A DNA stretch of 64,000 bases from an uncultured Chloroflexia bacterium (GTDB lineage Bacteria > Chloroflexota > Limnocylindria > Limnocylindrales > CSP1-4), in NCBI GenBank assembly GCA_963764515.1, contig CAVXSS010000001.1, positions 991,672-1,055,671 on the forward strand. The letters run 5' to 3'. The translations under genes and the position numbers were made by a program. Below are positions 19,404 to 28,982 of the stretch, in pieces. Numbering within the stretch: the stretch's first letter is position 1; every line of letters starts with the position of its first letter. The notes beneath the pieces are model-generated. The model was not told the origin of the DNA. It searched no databases and saw nothing but the letters and a program-made list of their open reading frames with translations.

Positions 19404-21536
19404 TCAGGCGGCCGCCTTCAGGTTGACGATCTTGCCGTCGAAGGTGCCCTTGACGGTCGCGCCGCCATCGGCGTCGCGCTCGTAGTGGAGCCTGTCGCCG
19501 CGGCTGGTCACGTCGAGCACGAAGGTCCCGGCGTCGTCATCGGTCGATCCGGTCCCGGTCACCGGCAGGTCCGGGGTGAATGCGCAGCGATCCAGTCTGA
19601 CCGTCGTGCCCGTATCGCCCGGCGTGTAGGTCAATGTGCCACCGAAGTCGCACCCGATCGCGAGTGGATCGGTGTCGAAGCGGCTGTAGTAGTCGTCGGT
19701 GTTGAAGATCTGGTCGTCGAGCGAATGCATCATGGCCAGCGCGTTCTTGTAGCCCGATGCAGCGGTCGGCGCGTTCGCGACGTACGGATCCGCGACCGAC
19801 CATATGCACGTCGTCACTCGCGTCGTCGGCACGGTCCGGTCGACGAGGTACCTCGTGACGATATCGTCAGGACACGACTGGCCCCAGGCGTAGATGACGT
19901 GCGGGCCGCCGATCGCCTGGATGAAGTAGGCGTTGTCGAGGCGCGAGAAGATGCGCATCGCGTTCGCGATGGGTGTTGCCGGATCGGTCGTCGCAGTCAT
20001 GACGAACGTGGGATACGGGGGGTCCTTGATCGGCGCAGGTCGCAGGTCGCTGGTCGTCGCGGTCGGCCAGTACAGGCACGGAACATCCCCATAGAAGCTC
20101 GTCTCGAGACGCGTGCCGTTGATGTGGTCGGCCTCGGCCCGGGCGATCCACGCATCGAGCCGGGCGCCCGGGTCGCCCGCGCCCGGCAGGAACGCGTAAT
20201 CCTGGCACTCGACCGCGTAGTAGAGCGCATCCGACCAGGTCGGGTCCTCCTCGGCCACGAGCGTCTCCGGGTCGATACCGATGCTGTCATAGGCGAGCCG
20301 CGCCAGCGGGACGTCGTCCCCGTTCGAGGCGGCGGCGATCGCGCGCTGGAGCATGAGCCGGTCGCCCGGGCTGTAGATGTACCCGAATGCGGCGTTCTCG
20401 AGGTCCGCGATGGTCAGCTCGCGGCTGACCGTCGTCCCTGTCGCGGTCGGGAAGTCGAATGACATCGGAGCGCCCTGGAGGCGCCGGGCCAGGTCGTCGT
20501 ACACGGCGAGCGCGTCACCGCCCTTGACGCCGGTGCGGCAGGTCGCATCGGCAGAACACGCGTCGAGGGTTTCGACCAGGGTGTCCTCGGCCGCCCGGGC
20601 CGCCTCCACGTAGTAGGTCATGCCGTCGATGGTCAGGTCCACCGGCCCGTCGAGGTAGAGCGTGGCGATCCGATCCGGGTGGGCGGCCGCGTAGTACTGG
20701 ACGAATTGGGTGCCGTAGCTCTCGCCGTACAGGTCCAGCTTGTCGACCGCGAGGTAGTCGCGGATGGCCTCCAGATCCTCGACGGCCTGAGTGGTGGCGT
20801 AGAGCGGCAGGTCCGCCTGGGCGACGCCCGATTCAGCCAGGCAATCGGTCACGAACGTCTTCGCGGCGGCGGCCGCCGCATCGCGCTCGGCCGGTTCCTG
20901 GGGCCGCGCGGGCGAGGCATAGTAGGCGGCCGCCGCATCGATGCACTGGATCGGCCCGGAGAGGCCGATCCCTCGCTGATCGATGAAGACGATGTCGTAC
21001 GCGTCGGTGACACCGGCCGCGTAGTAGTCGGTGTAGCTGTCCGCCGAGGAGATCCCGCTCGATCCAGGACCGCCGGTGATGACGACGAACGTCCCCTTGC
21101 GTTCCTTGGCCGCGCGCTGGATCGCGAACGTGATGTCCCACGTCGGGCCGCCCGCGGGCGCGAAATGATCCTTCGGGACCGAGAGCGTGACGCACTCGAA
21201 CCGGCTCTCCGGACACGCGGCCTTCTTGACGAACGTGTACGACGCGTTCGAGCCCGACGCCGAGGGGGACGGGGACGCCGAGGCAGCTGGTGCGGATGCG
21301 GGGGCCGACGCCGACGCGGCCGGTGAGGCCGAGGGCCCGGGCGAGGCCTCGCTCGAGGGCGTCGGCGACGTCGATGCGCCGGGTGAGCCGGCCCCGGGAC
21401 TCGCCGACACCGGGGCGAACGTCCATCCCCCTGCCGCCGACGAGGCACAACCGGCGACGAGGAGCGCGATCACGCCGATCGCCAGCATGCCGATCGACAA
21501 CGACTTCGTGGAGGAGGAACGGTGACGGGTGCGCAT
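19404..21536 (-). CDS. Lipoprotein alpha/beta-hydrolase (TAP-like peptidase)
   Basis: Lipobox LVAGC, S/P/A linker, GGPGSSG, DQRGIG, GESYGT nucleophile elbow and DPATP. Confidence 0.88.
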   Translation of the reverse strand: MRTRHRSSSTKSLSIGMLAIGVIALLVAGCASSAAGGWTFAPVSASPGAGSPGASTSPTPSSEASPGPSASPAASASAPASAPAASASPSPSASGSNASYTFVKKAACPESRFECVTLSVPKDHFAPAGGPTWDITFAIQRAAKERKGTFVVITGGPGSSGISSADSYTDYYAAGVTDAYDIVFIDQRGIGLSGPIQCIDAAAAYYASPARPQEPAERDAAAAAAKTFVTDCLAESGVAQADLPLYATTQAVEDLEAIRDYLAVDKLDLYGESYGTQFVQYYAAAHPDRIATLYLDGPVDLTIDGMTYYVEAARAAEDTLVETLDACSADATCRTGVKGGDALAVYDDLARRLQGAPMSFDFPTATGTTVSRELTIADLENAAFGYIYSPGDRLMLQRAIAAASNGDDVPLARLAYDSIGIDPETLVAEEDPTWSDALYYAVECQDYAFLPGAGDPGARLDAWIARAEADHINGTRLETSFYGDVPCLYWPTATTSDLRPAPIKDPPYPTFVMTATTDPATPIANAMRIFSRLDNAYFIQAIGGPHVIYAWGQSCPDDIVTRYLVDRTVPTTRVTTCIWSVADPYVANAPTAASGYKNALAMMHSLDDQIFNTDDYYSRFDTDPLAIGCDFGGTLTYTPGDTGTTVRLDRCAFTPDLPVTGTGSTDDDAGTFVLDVTSRGDRLHYERDADGGATVKGTFDGKIVNLKAAA

Positions 21537-21603
21537 GGGTCGCAGCGTACCGACCGTCAAGCGATCGAGGGAAGGAGCCGCGGGCGATGTCGCGAGGGCC
21601 GGG

Positions 21604-22797
21604 TCAGCGGCCGCGCTGCCAGGACTTGCCCTCGGTCTGGGTAGACGGGGCGTAGACCATCTCGACGCGCTGCATGTCGCGGATCGTGGGGGCACCCAGC
21701 GCGGCCATCGCCTGGCGCAGGGCGCCGACGAGGTTTTCGCTGCCATCTGTCACGTGAGCCGGACCGAACAGGATCCGCTCCAGGCTGCCGATGGTCCCCA
21801 CCTTGATCCGTGTGCCGCGGGGCAGCGTGGGCGAGGGCGCGGCCATCCCCCAGTTCGTGCCGCGACCGGGCGCCTCCTCGGCGCGGGCCAGCGGTGATCC
21901 GATCATCAGGACGTCGGCGCCGGCGGCGACCGCCTTGGCGAGCTCGCCCCCGCGCCGCATCCCGCCGTCGGCGACGACCGGGACGTAGCGCCCGGACTCG
22001 GCGAAGTACGCGTCCCGCGCGGCCGCCACGTCGCTGATGGCCGTGACCTGCGGGACCCCGATGCCCAGGACCTCCCTCGTGGTGCACGCGGCACCCGGGC
22101 CGACGCCGACGAAGACCGCAGCCGCACCCTGTTCCATGAGCGCGTAGGCCGCCTCGGCGTTGGTCGTATTGCCGACCGCGACCGGGATGGGCATGTAGCG
22201 CGTGAAATCATCGAGCGACAGAGGGTCGTACTGGGTGGCGAGGTGCCGGGCGCTCGAGACCTGGCTCTGGACGAGGAACAGGTCGGCGCCGTGTTCCGCA
22301 CAGAACGGACCGAATCGGCGGGCCGCGGCGGGCGTCGCCGCGACGGCCGCCTTCGAGCCCGCGGCATGGATGGCCTCGAGGCGCGCGGCGATCAGGTCCT
22401 CGCGGATGGGCTGGCCATAGGCCTCGGCGAGGAGGTCATGGACCTGGTCGTCGGGTGCGGTCGCGATGCGCTCGAGGATCACGTCGGGGTCGTCGTATCG
22501 CGCCTGGACGCCCTCGAGGTTGAGGACGGCGAGGCCACCGAGGCGCGACAGCTCGCCGGCCAGGCGCACGTCGACCACGGCGTCCATCGCTGACGCGAGG
22601 ATCGGGATCGGCAGATCGATCCCGGCGAACACCTGGGCGAGGTTGACGTCGGCGGGTTCGATCGTGTCCGTGCCGGGCGCGAGCGAGACGTCCTCGAATC
22701 CGTACGTCGGACGGATGGTGTCGACCTTCGAGTGGAAGACGCGTCGCTGGGCCGCCGCCGGATCCGAGATGTGCGTCGTCGCCGTCCGGTCGATCAC
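21604..22797 (-). CDS. guaB3: IMP dehydrogenase family protein (GuaB3-type, no CBS domains)
   Basis: ASAMDAV, GVGPGAACTTR, ADGG and WGMA motifs. Confidence 0.9.
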   Translation of the reverse strand: MIDRTATTHISDPAAAQRRVFHSKVDTIRPTYGFEDVSLAPGTDTIEPADVNLAQVFAGIDLPIPILASAMDAVVDVRLAGELSRLGGLAVLNLEGVQARYDDPDVILERIATAPDDQVHDLLAEAYGQPIREDLIAARLEAIHAAGSKAAVAATPAAARRFGPFCAEHGADLFLVQSQVSSARHLATQYDPLSLDDFTRYMPIPVAVGNTTNAEAAYALMEQGAAAVFVGVGPGAACTTREVLGIGVPQVTAISDVAAARDAYFAESGRYVPVVADGGMRRGGELAKAVAAGADVLMIGSPLARAEEAPGRGTNWGMAAPSPTLPRGTRIKVGTIGSLERILFGPAHVTDGSENLVGALRQAMAALGAPTIRDMQRVEMVYAPSTQTEGKSWQRGR

Positions 22798-22910
22798 GTT
22801 GCCCTCCTGTGCCGCCTCACGGTTGGGCCGCCAACTGTCGCGAGTCTACCAGCGACCTGGCCGGTCGGAGGGTTGCGCGAAAGGACCGGTGCCAGGCGGC
22901 CACATCTGCC

Positions 22911-23408
22911 TCAGCCCGGGCGCGGCCGACGGTCGCCCTCGAGCGTCAGCTCGAACCAGGCGGCGCGGGCCGGGTCGGACAGATCGTCGCGGATCCGCTC
23001 GATCGCGGTGCGATAGCCGGGCCAGACCACCCCGCGATGCGCGTCCGCCAGCGGGAGCCAGCGCGCGTCGTCGTGCTCATGGGAGCGTCGCGGTTCGGCA
23101 CCCGGTACGACCCGGACCGCGAAGACGGCGGCCGTGACCACGGCGTCCACGGTCGGCTCGTGGAACTGGTTGACGAGGTCCAGGTCGTAGAACGCCTCGA
23201 TGGTCGAGTGGTCGAAGCCGGTCTCCTCCTCGAGCTCGCGCAGTGCGCCGGCCGCGACCCGCTCCCCCGCCTCGAGCGATCCCGAGACGCACTGCCACAG
23301 GCCAGGCAGGATCCGGCCGGGCGCGCGCCGCAGGAGCAGGACCTGCGGGCCGTCGTGATCGTTGCGGTAGATCCAGCAATCGACGAGGTCCGGCCGGAAC
23401 GGGCTCAC
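22911..23408 (-). CDS. NUDIX hydrolase (NudB-like)
   Basis: WQCVSGSLEAGE...ALRELEEETG Nudix box; EHDDARW. Confidence 0.9.
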   Translation of the reverse strand: MSPFRPDLVDCWIYRNDHDGPQVLLLRRAPGRILPGLWQCVSGSLEAGERVAAGALRELEEETGFDHSTIEAFYDLDLVNQFHEPTVDAVVTAAVFAVRVVPGAEPRRSHEHDDARWLPLADAHRGVVWPGYRTAIERIRDDLSDPARAAWFELTLEGDRRPRPG

Positions 23409-24022
23409 GAGGCGGGCTCCCTGGTCGCGAGCAGGCCGTGGAGCTGCTCCAGGTGCATGAGGTCGTGGACGCCTGCGAAGACCAGCCACTCGCCGCAGCG
23501 CAGGCGGCCGACCTGTGGGTGAACGAGCGGGCAGGGCTCCGTCTCGTGCCCGGCGACCGTTCGGGCGGCGCGCTCGACGATCCGCTGGCTCTGGGCGATC
23601 TTGCGCAGGAGCGTCGTCCGATCTGCATCAACCGCACCGGGGATGCCGGGGGTCACCGCCGGGGCGTCCGCCGGCCAGCGACCGCGCGCCGCGAGCGACG
23701 CGGCGAGGCACAAGCCGGCGCGCGACTCGCCGTCGTGCCCAACGGCCTGTGCCACGTTCCAGTCGCCCTCGCCGCCGGGCAGGGTCAGGGCGGCATCGGA
23801 TAGCCCTTCGACGGCGGCGGTCAGCGCGTCCGCGAGCGACGCCAGTTGCGCCGCGATGCGTTCCGCCGTCCCGGGGCCGCCACGTCGCCGGACCTCGCGG
23901 CGGACCTCGATGAGCCGCCCGGCCTCGATCCCTCGCCACGCCGCGACGATGTCCGGCGCCCCGGTTTCAAGGGCATCGACCCAGGTCGTCCGTGTGGAGG
24001 ACATCGCAGCTGGTTCGGTCAT
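23405..24022 (-). CDS. DinB/YfiT family protein
   Basis: WNVAQAVGH and HDLMHLEQL metal-binding His pattern. Confidence 0.82.
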   Translation of the reverse strand: MTEPAAMSSTRTTWVDALETGAPDIVAAWRGIEAGRLIEVRREVRRRGGPGTAERIAAQLASLADALTAAVEGLSDAALTLPGGEGDWNVAQAVGHDGESRAGLCLAASLAARGRWPADAPAVTPGIPGAVDADRTTLLRKIAQSQRIVERAARTVAGHETEPCPLVHPQVGRLRCGEWLVFAGVHDLMHLEQLHGLLATREPAS

Positions 24023-24229
24023 CGCGACGTCAGCGTAGACGGTCTCCGTGATCACTCGCCGCTGGTTCACCCATCGACCATTCGACGAAGCTGGCGGGTT
24101 TCGGCCGTCCGATGGTCGACGAATGGACCGATCAGCGTCTGAGGTCGCCGTTCGCGCCGGGAACGCGGCCGTCCTGCGCCGGATGGTCCATCGATGGACC
24201 GGACGCTGCCCGCGCTCGCAGTAGCAGGT

Positions 24230-24524
24230 CGTCCTCGATGTGGCCGGCCTTCGTGGGCAACGACGACCACGCTCCCTTCGGTCCGTAACCGGATTTCGGC
24301 GTCCTCCAAGGCGGAAGGAATCGACTCCGACTCGAGATATTTCGGACGGTCGGTCACGTGTTCTCGGCAAGCGATCCGGACGGACCCCTTTGAGGCCAGC
24401 CGAGAAGTTCGTCCCGAAAAGGGATGACCTTGGCGACCTATTCCGAGAGCTCCCAGAGCGCGCAGGCGTCCTCGGTCACGCGATCCAAGATGATCCATCG
24501 GAGGTCGTCTTCCTGCTCTCTCAT
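24230..24524 (-). pseudogene. Probable decayed gene remnant of unknown family
   Basis: MREQEDDLRWIILDRVTEDACALWELSE, then TAG at 24438-24440, then protein-like continuation across a frameshift; visibly lower GC. Confidence 0.4.
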
Positions 24525-24539
24525 CGCTGGCAACCAGAC

Positions 24540-24869
24540 CTAGAGACGTTCGAACCGCTCCACCGGCAGGACGAAGACCGTGGCACCGCCCACCTCGACC
24601 TCGAGCGGGTAGGGCATGAAGAATTCGCCAGGCTCCATGATCGGTGGCATCGGGTTGACGACCTGCGTCCGTGACGTGCAGTTCTCGCGGACGATCGCGA
24701 GGATCTCCTCGACCTCGGCATCCTCGACACCGACGATGATCGTGGCATTCGACTGCTTCAGGAAGCCGCCCGAACTGTGCAGGCGCGTGGCCCGGAACTC
24801 CTTGTCGAGCAGGGCATCGACCAGGGCGCCGGCGTCCTCGCTGTGAACGATCGTGACCACGAGCTTCAT
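24540..24869 (-). CDS. darA: PII-like cyclic-di-AMP receptor (DarA/PstA/YaaQ)
   Basis: MKLVVTIV..EDA, SGGFLKQSNAT and EVGGATVFV motifs; near tmk. Confidence 0.92.
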   Translation of the reverse strand: MKLVVTIVHSEDAGALVDALLDKEFRATRLHSSGGFLKQSNATIIVGVEDAEVEEILAIVRENCTSRTQVVNPMPPIMEPGEFFMPYPLEVEVGGATVFVLPVERFERL

Positions 24870-24966
24870 CGCCCGGAGTATCGGTGCGCCGAGCGACCCG
24901 GGTCAACGCGTTTTCGCGGGGTGTACGATGCCCGCTCCGACCGAACGAGTGCGTGCAGGAGTACCG

Positions 24967-25989
24967 GTGGCCACCGACGGACCGTCTCGCGATCCCCGAA
25001 CGTCCCTCCCCGCGGCCATCGAATCGGTCGCGAACACCGACGATCTCGACACCGCCCTCGCGGCGATCCTCGTCGCTGCCGACAAGGCCCTCTCGCCCTC
25101 CATGGGCGCGGTCGTCATCGCCGACCCGGATCGCGCCGGGTTGCAGCTGGCCGCCGCGCACGGGATCGATGAGGCCGGCCAGATCGCGCTCGTGGCCGAG
25201 ATGACCGATCCGACCCATCCGTTCAGCGTGGCGACCGACAGCCGGGCGACGACGTTCGATCGACAGGCCACGTCCACATCGGGTGACGCCTTCGTCGGGG
25301 CCTACCTTCCGCTGCTCGTCACGAGCGGCGGCATCGAGGTCGCGTTGGGGGCGATCGGGTTCGGGTGGCCGGCCCCGCACGAGTTGACCGACGCGGATCG
25401 CGAGGCACTCACGGCATTCGCCGGGTTGGCGGCGATCGCCGTCGACCGAGCCCGCCTGTCGGCGACCGCCGCTGAGCGCTCGGAGTGGTTCGAGCGGATG
25501 GCCCATAGCGACCCGCTGACCGGCTTGGCCAACGAGCGGACCGTCGGCCGGATCCTCGAGCTGGAACTGGCTCGGGCCGCCCGCCAGGGCGGTGAGGTGT
25601 CGCTCGCGATGTTCGACATCGACGACTTCAAGGCCACGAATCGCGACGGCGGGTTCGCCGCCGGCGACGATGTTCTGCGGCGAGTGGCGGCCGTGCTGGC
25701 GGAGTCGGTCCGGCTCGTCGATACCATCGGGCGGATCGGCGGCGACGAGTTCGTCCTGATCGCCCCCGGCTCGGCCGGCATGACGGTCGCGCAACGGGTC
25801 CTCGAAGGGATCGCGGCACTCCCCGCGGTGGCTGGGCGGACCGTGACGGTCTCCGCGGGCGTCGCCCATTTCCCGGCCGATGGCACCAATTCCGCGTCGC
25901 TCATCGCGGCCGTGACCGCGGCGCTCGATCGGGCCCGCACCGGCGGCGGCGGCAACGTGGCGGCGACCGAGACCGTCGGCGAGAGCTGA
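24967..25989 (+). CDS. GAF + GGDEF domain protein
   Basis: DPLTGLAN, DIDDFK, RxxD I-site (RLVD), GGDEF; GTG after GGAG. Confidence 0.9.
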   Translation: MATDGPSRDPRTSLPAAIESVANTDDLDTALAAILVAADKALSPSMGAVVIADPDRAGLQLAAAHGIDEAGQIALVAEMTDPTHPFSVATDSRATTFDRQATSTSGDAFVGAYLPLLVTSGGIEVALGAIGFGWPAPHELTDADREALTAFAGLAAIAVDRARLSATAAERSEWFERMAHSDPLTGLANERTVGRILELELARAARQGGEVSLAMFDIDDFKATNRDGGFAAGDDVLRRVAAVLAESVRLVDTIGRIGGDEFVLIAPGSAGMTVAQRVLEGIAALPAVAGRTVTVSAGVAHFPADGTNSASLIAAVTAALDRARTGGGGNVAATETVGES

Positions 25990-26116
25990 CGCGCTCGCGT
26001 TCCTTATCCCGACGCGGCGACGACGGTCCCGCTCGAGACCGGCGCTGAGGACGGCACCGTGGCGCTGGACCCCGGCTCCAGGGTCAGCGGAAGACGCTGC
26101 GGCGCGTGATCGTCGC

Positions 26117-26806
26117 TCATATGGTGTTGCGTTGCAGCCTGGGTTTCGGTTCACCCTCGCGGAGCGCGCGGTCAACGGCGAGCGCGGCGGCGGAGGCGAC
26201 CTCGGCGGCCGGTCTCGATGCGTCGACGACCGCGAAGCGGCCCGGTGCCGCGACTGCGAGCGCAAGGAAGCCCTCGCGCACGCGACGATGGAAGGCGAGG
26301 TCGAATTCGGCCTCGAAGCGCGTCACGTCGCCGGGCGCCTTGCGCGCAAGGCCGGCCTCGACCGGCAGGTCCAGGAGGATGGTCAGGTCCGGGGAAAGGC
26401 CGCCCGTCGCGACCGACGCGAGCGCCCGAAGGTCGTCGAGTGGGACCCCGGCGCCATAGCCCTGGTACGCGAGCGTCGAATCGGCGAATCGCGTGCAGAT
26501 CACGGTGCGTCCGGCATCGAGCGCGGGCGCGATCACCTCGGCCACGAGTTGCCGCCGGGCGGCGTTGAAGAGCAACGCGTCGGTCACCGGGTCGGGTCGG
26601 AAGGTCGATGCTGTCCGCGCCAGGAGGAGCTCGCGCAGGCGTTCACCGAGCCACGTCCCTCCCGGTTCGCGGGTGACGTGGACGTCATGGCCCGCCGCTC
26701 GGAGGTGCGTGGCCAGCCGTTCGGCCTGGGTCGTCTTTCCGGCCCCATCCGGGCCTTCCAGCGTGATGAACCAGCCGCGGCGGGCCGGCCTCCCGGGACG
26801 AGTCAC
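26117..26806 (-). CDS. tmk: Thymidylate kinase
   Basis: FITLEGPDGAGKTT, TREPGG and RFADSTLAYQG motifs. Confidence 0.96.
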   Translation of the reverse strand: MTRPGRPARRGWFITLEGPDGAGKTTQAERLATHLRAAGHDVHVTREPGGTWLGERLRELLLARTASTFRPDPVTDALLFNAARRQLVAEVIAPALDAGRTVICTRFADSTLAYQGYGAGVPLDDLRALASVATGGLSPDLTILLDLPVEAGLARKAPGDVTRFEAEFDLAFHRRVREGFLALAVAAPGRFAVVDASRPAAEVASAAALAVDRALREGEPKPRLQRNTI

Positions 26807-26904
26807 CGACCGAGTGTAGCCGACGCTGTGGCGCCGCCCACCCCGCGTGGAACGAACGATCTCGACCTCATCCATCCGCGCCCGAAGCGCGTACCCTCGC
26901 CACG

Positions 26905-28683
26905 ATGGGACGTCGACGCGGTCGCTCGCCGCATCCCCGAAGCCTGGTCCGGGCCGCGCTTGCGGCGTCGGTCGCGGCCGTCCTCCTGCCTGCCGTGGCG
27001 TTCGCCCACCCGCTGGGCAACTTCACGATCAATCACTACGCGGGGGTGCGAGTCGAGACGAACCGGATCCTCCTCGATGTCGTCATCGACCAGGCGGAGA
27101 TCCCGACCTTCCAGGCACGACTCGACCTCGACACCGACGGTGATGGAGAGGTCTCCGACGCGGAGGTCGACGCCGGCCGCAAGCTCGTATGCGAGAACCT
27201 GCGGCCATCGTTGGGCCTGCACGTCGGAGCGGTCACACAGACGCTGACGCTGACCGAGGCCGGGCTGGCGTTCCCGCCGGGCGCGGGCGGTCTCTCGACC
27301 ATGCGCGAGGTGTGCGGTTTCCGGGTGGACCTGGCAGAGCCGCTCCCGGATGGTGCGACCGTGACCTTCGCGGACTCGTCGTTTGCCGAGCGGCTCGGCT
27401 GGCGCGAGATCGTGGCCGTCGGGTCGGGTGAGACGCTCGCGGCCTCCGATGGAAGCGAGTTGGCGACGACGAGCGTTTCGAACCGGCTCACCAGCTACCC
27501 GCAGGAACTCATCACGAGGCCGCTGGCGCAGACCTCGTTGACGGTGATCGCGACAACAGGCGGGCCGACGCTGCCGGCGTTCGACATCGCCGATGCCGGA
27601 CCGCTCGACGAGGTCTGGACCGAGCCGGTCCCCGGTCAGGTGAGCGTGGTGAGTGCGGCGCCCGCTCCGGTGGCTGGGACGCCGGCGCCCGGGGCGGTCG
27701 CCAGTCCGGTCCCGGCTGCCGTGGCCAGCCCAGTCGCGGCGGCCAGCCCGGTCGCGGCGAGCGTGCCTGGCGGCGTCAGCGCGTCCGACCTGCCGGCCAT
27801 CTTCCGCTCGGCCGACCTCACGCCGATCGTCCTCATGGTGTCGCTGCTGACCGCGGCGGCCCTCGGCGCGGGTCATGCCCTGACGCCCGGGCATGGCAAG
27901 ACGCTGATGGCTGCGTACCTTGTCGGGACTCGCGGCAGGCCGCTCCATGCGCTCGGTCTGGGGCTGTCGGTGAGCGTGTCGCACACGGTCGGGATCCTCG
28001 TGCTTGCGGCGCTGGTCGTCGGCGCGCAGGGGATCCTCGCGCCGGACGTGGTCGTTCGCGCGGCGCCGGTCGTGGCGGCCATCTCGATCGCGGCGATCGG
28101 CGGCTGGATGCTCCTGAGCGAGGTCCGTCGACGACGCGTGCGGCGGTCGCAGGCCGCGGCGCACCACCACGAAACGGCATACCACGTCGATCATGCGCAC
28201 CCGCTGAGCGAGGACCAAGGTCCCGCTCACGCACACCCACGCGACGCGGCGCATCCGCACGCAACGGCACACGTTCACCAGCACGAGGCCGCCGCTGCCC
28301 TCGAGCACCGTCACGGCAGCATCCGCCATGGCCACCTGCCCACCGCGGGCTCCACGATCACCTGGCGCGGCCTGTTCGTGCTCGGGCTGGCCGGGGGACT
28401 CATCCCTTCGACGAGCGCGCTGCTCATCCTTCTCGGCTCGATCGCCGCGGGTCGGCCCACCTTCGGGTTCGTGCTGGTCGTGGCGTTCGGGCTCGGGATG
28501 GCAGCGGTCATGACCGGGATCGGGCTCGCGATGGTCTTCGCGCGTGGCCGCCTGGACCGCCTGGGTTCAGGCTCGCCGATCGGTCGAGCGACGGCCTATG
28601 TGCCGCTGGTGGCCGCGGTTCTCGTCTTCGGCCTCGGGCTCTACCTCACGGCCCAGGCCATCGGGGGCGCGCCGACGCTTTGA
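26905..28683 (+). CDS. RcnA/HoxN-type Ni/Co transporter with an N-terminal extracytoplasmic domain
   Basis: Signal peptide then HPLGNFTINHY; HALTPGHGK, SHTVG, His-rich loop and GGLIP. Confidence 0.88.
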   Translation: MGRRRGRSPHPRSLVRAALAASVAAVLLPAVAFAHPLGNFTINHYAGVRVETNRILLDVVIDQAEIPTFQARLDLDTDGDGEVSDAEVDAGRKLVCENLRPSLGLHVGAVTQTLTLTEAGLAFPPGAGGLSTMREVCGFRVDLAEPLPDGATVTFADSSFAERLGWREIVAVGSGETLAASDGSELATTSVSNRLTSYPQELITRPLAQTSLTVIATTGGPTLPAFDIADAGPLDEVWTEPVPGQVSVVSAAPAPVAGTPAPGAVASPVPAAVASPVAAASPVAASVPGGVSASDLPAIFRSADLTPIVLMVSLLTAAALGAGHALTPGHGKTLMAAYLVGTRGRPLHALGLGLSVSVSHTVGILVLAALVVGAQGILAPDVVVRAAPVVAAISIAAIGGWMLLSEVRRRRVRRSQAAAHHHETAYHVDHAHPLSEDQGPAHAHPRDAAHPHATAHVHQHEAAAALEHRHGSIRHGHLPTAGSTITWRGLFVLGLAGGLIPSTSALLILLGSIAAGRPTFGFVLVVAFGLGMAAVMTGIGLAMVFARGRLDRLGSGSPIGRATAYVPLVAAVLVFGLGLYLTAQAIGGAPTL

Positions 28684-28763
28684 CGCCGGTGTCCGATCAC
28701 ACGAACCCAACCAGGCGTCCGCTCGGGCCACGAGGAGCGGTCGGCGGGATCGACCGAGTTTCC

Positions 28764-28926
28764 GGCAAATGACACAGAGGCGGTCCCTCGTCACGGCCTT
28801 GCTGCCAAAAGGCGGCGATCTGGAGCATTTGACCGAGATTCGGGCGGAGCAGCCGTCGGCTCACGCTCGGCGGCCCTGACCGCACCGGTCGGTCGGTGAC
28901 GAGTGACCGTGTGAGTGTCATCTGGC
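28764..28926. repeat. Imperfect inverted repeat pair of about 31 bp (REP-like)
   Basis: GGCAAATGACACAGAGGCGGTCCCTCGTCAC (28764-28794) versus the reverse complement of 28896-28926, GCCAGATGACACTCACACGGTCACTCGTCAC. Confidence 0.7.
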
Positions 28927-28982
28927 GAGAATCGGCGCGTCGCCGAACGGTCGACGCCGATGCGGCCCCGACCTTCTGACGA

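Noticed and set aside
24967-25989. Hypr-type cGAMP synthase
   Set aside because: The specificity position retains Asp (AGDDVL) rather than Ser/Thr.
24067-26265. 732-aa minus-strand ORF and many other long shadow ORFs (for example 5986-7719, 13200-15014, 38930-41098, 47374-49506, 52202-54244)
   Set aside because: Antisense or off-frame to well-supported genes; stop-poor frames are expected at this GC content.
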